Shown here: one piece after another, positions 59,775 to 64,000 of the stretch
Layout of the letters: each line of letters opens with the position of its first letter
How positions within the stretch are numbered: position 1 is the first letter of the stretch
Assembly: GCA_963693365.1 (NCBI GenBank)
Contig: CAVNZM010000002.1
Span: forward strand, 9,521,059-9,585,058
Source of the DNA: Amoebidium appalachense
Lineage: Eukaryota > Protista > Ichthyosporea
Length of the DNA: 64,000 bases
Reading direction: 5' to 3'
Translations under genes and position numbers: made by a program
The notes under the pieces: generated by a model
The model's database searches: none
What the model saw: only the letters and a program-made list of their open reading frames with translations
What the model was told of the DNA's origin: nothing

Positions 59775-62189
59775 AGCTGATGAATATTATGCGTCCAACA
59801 ATTAAAGATGACTGTCTGACGGTTTTGGAGCTTTACAACAAAAACGAACCGGTCTAATGATTTTCACGAACCCCATTCGGCACAAAACTTTTGCTAAGAT
59901 GTTGCCAAGAAACCAAGAGGAAAATGATCCAATGAGAAAGAAGGTGGTAGTATTGACAGAGGGAAACAAATGGGGAACGAGCAAGTTAGGATTATGCTTC
60001 ACCACAGATGTTTGCAACACGTTCACTAAAAGAAGGTGAAAAAAAAGGGGTTTGGAGGCCCAACTTGAACTGGCTATTCTTTTTCTGCCTGTCAATAACT
60101 CACTAAAGTGTTAACTCCCATCCCCCCGATCTGTTAATGATTGTTGGGAAACAGCAGCAACTCTGGGGTTGAGGGCTAACGGTGAATGGGCAAAGAGTGC
60201 AGATCTCTCTCCTAGCAAAGATGTTTGCGCAGCTATCTGTTAGTTATAACACTTATAACACTGCTTTGGAAAAAGAAAGCTAATTGGAGAACCATACGGG
60301 CTAAATAGCCTAGTAGTACCCTTTTTACTGCCTGTGTTTTGCCTTTCCTACGCTATATATAGCTTGTACATGCAAAGTCGAAACGTGGACATTCAAAATA
60401 GATGATTTCCAAAAAACGTATTTTTAAATCTTTTACATGTTTAATATATCTAAAACGGCGTGCTCCAAGTTCGAATTCAATGTTGCCCGAAGGTGTGGCA
60501 TGTGGCATGCCAGCCTGGCACCTGCTGTGCCAGTTTCTACGAGAGGCTTCCACGGTTTAAAAATTTATCAAATTAATATAAAGATATATTTATATTATAG
60601 AAGCTTGACAGTAGAGTGTCCTTTTTATGTCCCGCAAAAATATGACCTCCCATTTAGAGGTATAGATATACATCAGGCAACACACCTAAATGTATAGATA
60701 TACATTAGATAACACACTCAAATATAAGGAAACTTTGGTATTATGAGTAATTTATGACAAACAGTCCGGACTTCCGTGGACCTGGAGAAAAGAATGAGCG
60801 AAAGCCGCCGTGGATTGGATACGAAAAATGTTTTGACATTTTTATAAATGGCGTAACGTTTCTTGCACTATCTATTGGATAATTATCATAACTCAAGCTG
60901 TTCAACCTTTTATCTGAGACAACAAGCCAATAGAACACCATTGATATTCGTTCTAAATTTGTGATTGGGTATTCTATCGATCCGCGGAACAGATCATTGA
61001 TGACGGTTCATCATCATACAACGTGTCACGTGTGTCGCATCTACTTGAGGCAATAACGAGGTTGTTTCGGTGGCATAATTGTATATAACAAAGGAAATTT
61101 AACAGCTTTTCACCACTCTTTGAATTCTAATAGATTTTGTGCTGCTTTATAGACCCTTCTTCAGGAACCACATTTGTCAAGTTGCATCATCATACCCCCC
61201 CGATCAGTCCTCGCAATGCCAAGAACGCAAAACTTTCAAAAGTTATCTGTCGTTATGTCAAATGTGTTTAATAAGTTTATCTTCTAATGTACTCACGGTA
61301 AATATGCCATTTTTATTCTGCATTAAAACACAGAAATGGAATGGGTTCAAAGAACTAAATTTTATATTGTTGCAAATCTGGAATGGCTAAAGCCACCGAA
61401 CAGTTTACGCGAACCTTCAACGGTTCGACGAAAATAATAGTTTTGTCGTCCAAATTTCAATTGATAATCTTTTCTGCATACAGCGCTTCATTGATCAACT
61501 GCTTACAATTCGAGCAGTTACAATGAAAGCAAATGGTTGCGGAAGGTCATAAATGATCTTTTATTGAGCAAATGGGTACTATTGCATACGCGTAGGCTAT
61601 TCGGTTTGGGACTTCCCCAGTTGGACTTGGGTAACCCAAACCAAACCCCGCATATGATGTTTTGTTTGAATAGATCTGATGAGTATGGGGAGACTGGTGC
61701 GTTGTCCCGCGGTTTGATCAAGCATTTTTCTATTTTTGTGTACGTGTGTGTGTGTGTGTACACGTGTGTGTGTGTCTGTGTGTGCGCGTGTGTGTGTGCG
61801 GGTGTACATGTGTGTTTGTGTAATGATAAGCCTGTCCGAGTCTGTTGCTCGAGCGCCTGCAAAAGAGACACATTGTGTGTGTTTGTGTGCGTGCACGTGA
61901 GTGTACATGTGAGTGTACATGTGTACGTGTGTGTGTTTGTGTGTGTGTGACACCGCGGCCGTGTGTGTGTGTGTTACGTCCTGCATGCATGTGCATGTGC
62001 TTGCAAGCGTGTGCATTGCCTCGATGGGCTCGGGAACGTGGGAGGCAGGGGATTTCGGCAGACTTTGCGTGTATTTGTACTTGTGTACACATATGTGTGT
62101 TGATATCGATAAGATGGAATCCGATGGTGGTGGTGGCCGGCGGTGGTGGCCATGGTGGTGGTGGTGGTGGTGGTGGTGGTGGTGGTGGT

Positions 62190-62230
<41 letters not shown>

Positions 62231-62369
62231 TCCTTGAATGCCCCTTTTTTGTGACATTTTGCCAAAATATAAGAAAGTTGCGCCATTGAGCTCGAGATTT
62301 TTCTTTTTCACCTTCGTGTGTATCTCTAAATTGTGTGAGTGTGTGTGTACAGTACTGTGTGTGTTTGTG

Positions 62370-62412
<43 letters not shown>

Positions 62413-62961
62413 GGTTCCCTTAAATGCCCTTTTTTTTGTGACATCTAAGACTTGCCAAAAACCAAAAAAGTTGCGCCATTGAGAATCGTCGATTTCACTA
62501 TTAAATCATGGGCCGCAACGTGTTGCATACATCTACACACACAGCGACGACAGACTCAAACCGCGAATTCCATGACGCAGGAGGACTGACTCAGCAAAGA
62601 TGTTTTCTAATTTTATTCTTTATTTTTTTATGTTTATTGACTATGAATACTGCATAGCTACTTACATGGACTGTATACGTACACACCAGCCCTTTACGAA
62701 TGCAGAAAATCAGGATATAATCATTTCTTCACGGTTAGGAGTTATCAACTTCTCCTGATGTGTGACGGGCAGAGAGAACCAGCTCTGAATCATGCCCTGT
62801 GATTGGCTAAAGATCATGGCGTTGTGATGACGGGGTGATTGACTTGGCAGCCGCCCTGCTTTGATTCGACGAGAAGCTATTTTTACACTCTCATCCCGTA
62901 TATCCCCATTGTAGATATTGGGTCGCTTTCGTGTTGAGGTAGGCCACGAATATCCGCATCT

Positions 62962-63007
<46 letters not shown>

Positions 63008-63020
63008 ACAAATTATTTAT

Positions 63021-63161
63021 AGGGGGTTTCCTTTAGGTACCCAGGTCGCATCGGGTCAGACCCGAAGGGGATTTGTGCAATATCATTGGCAGAGTGTGCA
63101 TTACACTATGATCCAGCCTGACCCGAATGGGGCCAATAAACTGGCCCAAAACAAGCCCCTT
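63021..63161. mobile_element. MITE family A, copy 2 (inverted relative to copy 1)
   Basis: agggggtttcctttaggtac...tcgggtcagacccgaa...tgcaatatcattggc...caataaactggcccaaaacaagcccctt aligns to the reverse complement of 1836-1980. Flanked by TTAT on both sides. Confidence 0.7.
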
Positions 63162-63289
63162 TTATTCGAATTAGTTTGTGATAACAAAGTAGCAGGCCTA
63201 GAAAGCAGCACACGGCATGAAGGAAACGGAAAGCACCAAGAGAAAAGGTAGGCCAGGGCTGAATGAAAACAGCTAAAATTAAAGGCCCC

Positions 63290-63583
63290 TGGGGGTTTCT
63301 TTTAGACTTTCGGGCCGGGTCGGGTCAGAGGGGATTCTAGCTATATGATTGGCTTGCTGCGCATCAGCTGCGCACCATCGTTTTGCCCACAGCAAGGTAC
63401 AGATGCCCCATAATAGAACAATAAAGAAAAAGAAAAGAGAGTAAAAAGAAATAAAGAAGGAAACAATAATAAAAAAGGGTTAGAAAGAAGATTGCAGTTC
63501 ATATCATGATATATGCTGAGTAAGTGGCTTGACCCAAATGTGCTGAAAAGGGGACAATAAATCGGCCTAAAAGAAACACCCCT
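63290..63583. mobile_element. MITE family A, copy 3, with an internal A-rich insertion
   Basis: gggggtttcttttag...gggtcgggtcaga...tatgattggcttgctgcgcatca at the left end; gacaataaatcggcctaaaagaaacacccct at the right end. Confidence 0.65.
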
Positions 63584-64000
63584 TAAAAAATGAAAGGGGA
63601 GGGTATCAGACGGCATTTTCTTCTATAGTTGCACGTGTACTTGGGAAGCCGGCAGGGAGGGAGAGCAGTATCATCGGGCACAACGGTCGACACAATGGAC
63701 CCACAACTTGGTGACCTATCACAGACTCCACGGCAGGAATATCGTACACTCATTCCAAATGACCTGAGCAACAAACACACACACACACGTGCAAAATTGT
63801 CGTCTTATATACTATATACTCTTAAGGGTATATCTCACCCTTATCTTATGCGTGTGCCATGGTGTGGGTCTGTTAAACGTTGTGGTTGAACATGCACTTG
63901 TGTGAATTGTGTGTTGTGTGTTTGTGTGTGCATGTTCGTGTTTGTCTTTGTGTGTGTGTGTGCGCGCGCGTGTGTGCGTGCGTCCGCCTGTGCATGCGTG

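Overview
Eukaryotic, extremely intron- and microsatellite-rich genomic window. It is plausibly an opisthokont or holozoan protist, but the organism cannot be determined from the sequence. Almost all long ORFs in the supplied track are read-throughs of simple repeats. Reading splice sites by hand gives four main genes. (1) The 3' ~2,480 codons of a WDFY3/ALFY (Blue cheese)-like BEACH gene (+, 80-44606): 65 in-phase exons encoding ConA-like, helical-repeat, PH, BEACH, WD40 and FYVE regions; its start lies upstream of the window. (2) A 3-exon cathepsin B-like gene (+, 45557-47978). (3) An intronless, secreted parallel beta-helix protein with Chlamydia Pmp-type GGA(I/L/V)/FxxN repeats (+, 53436-54743), broken by two compensating indels in G-runs. 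(4) An intronless orphan membrane-anchored ORF (-, 58752-59774). Non-coding features include several TIR mini-transposons with TTAA target sites, a ~2.8 kb inverted-repeat-bounded element, and tandem duplications of exon-intron junctions. The most striking pattern is a polarised intron architecture: poly-C immediately after splice donors, and poly-G or (CA)n ahead of acceptors that often lack a pyrimidine tract.
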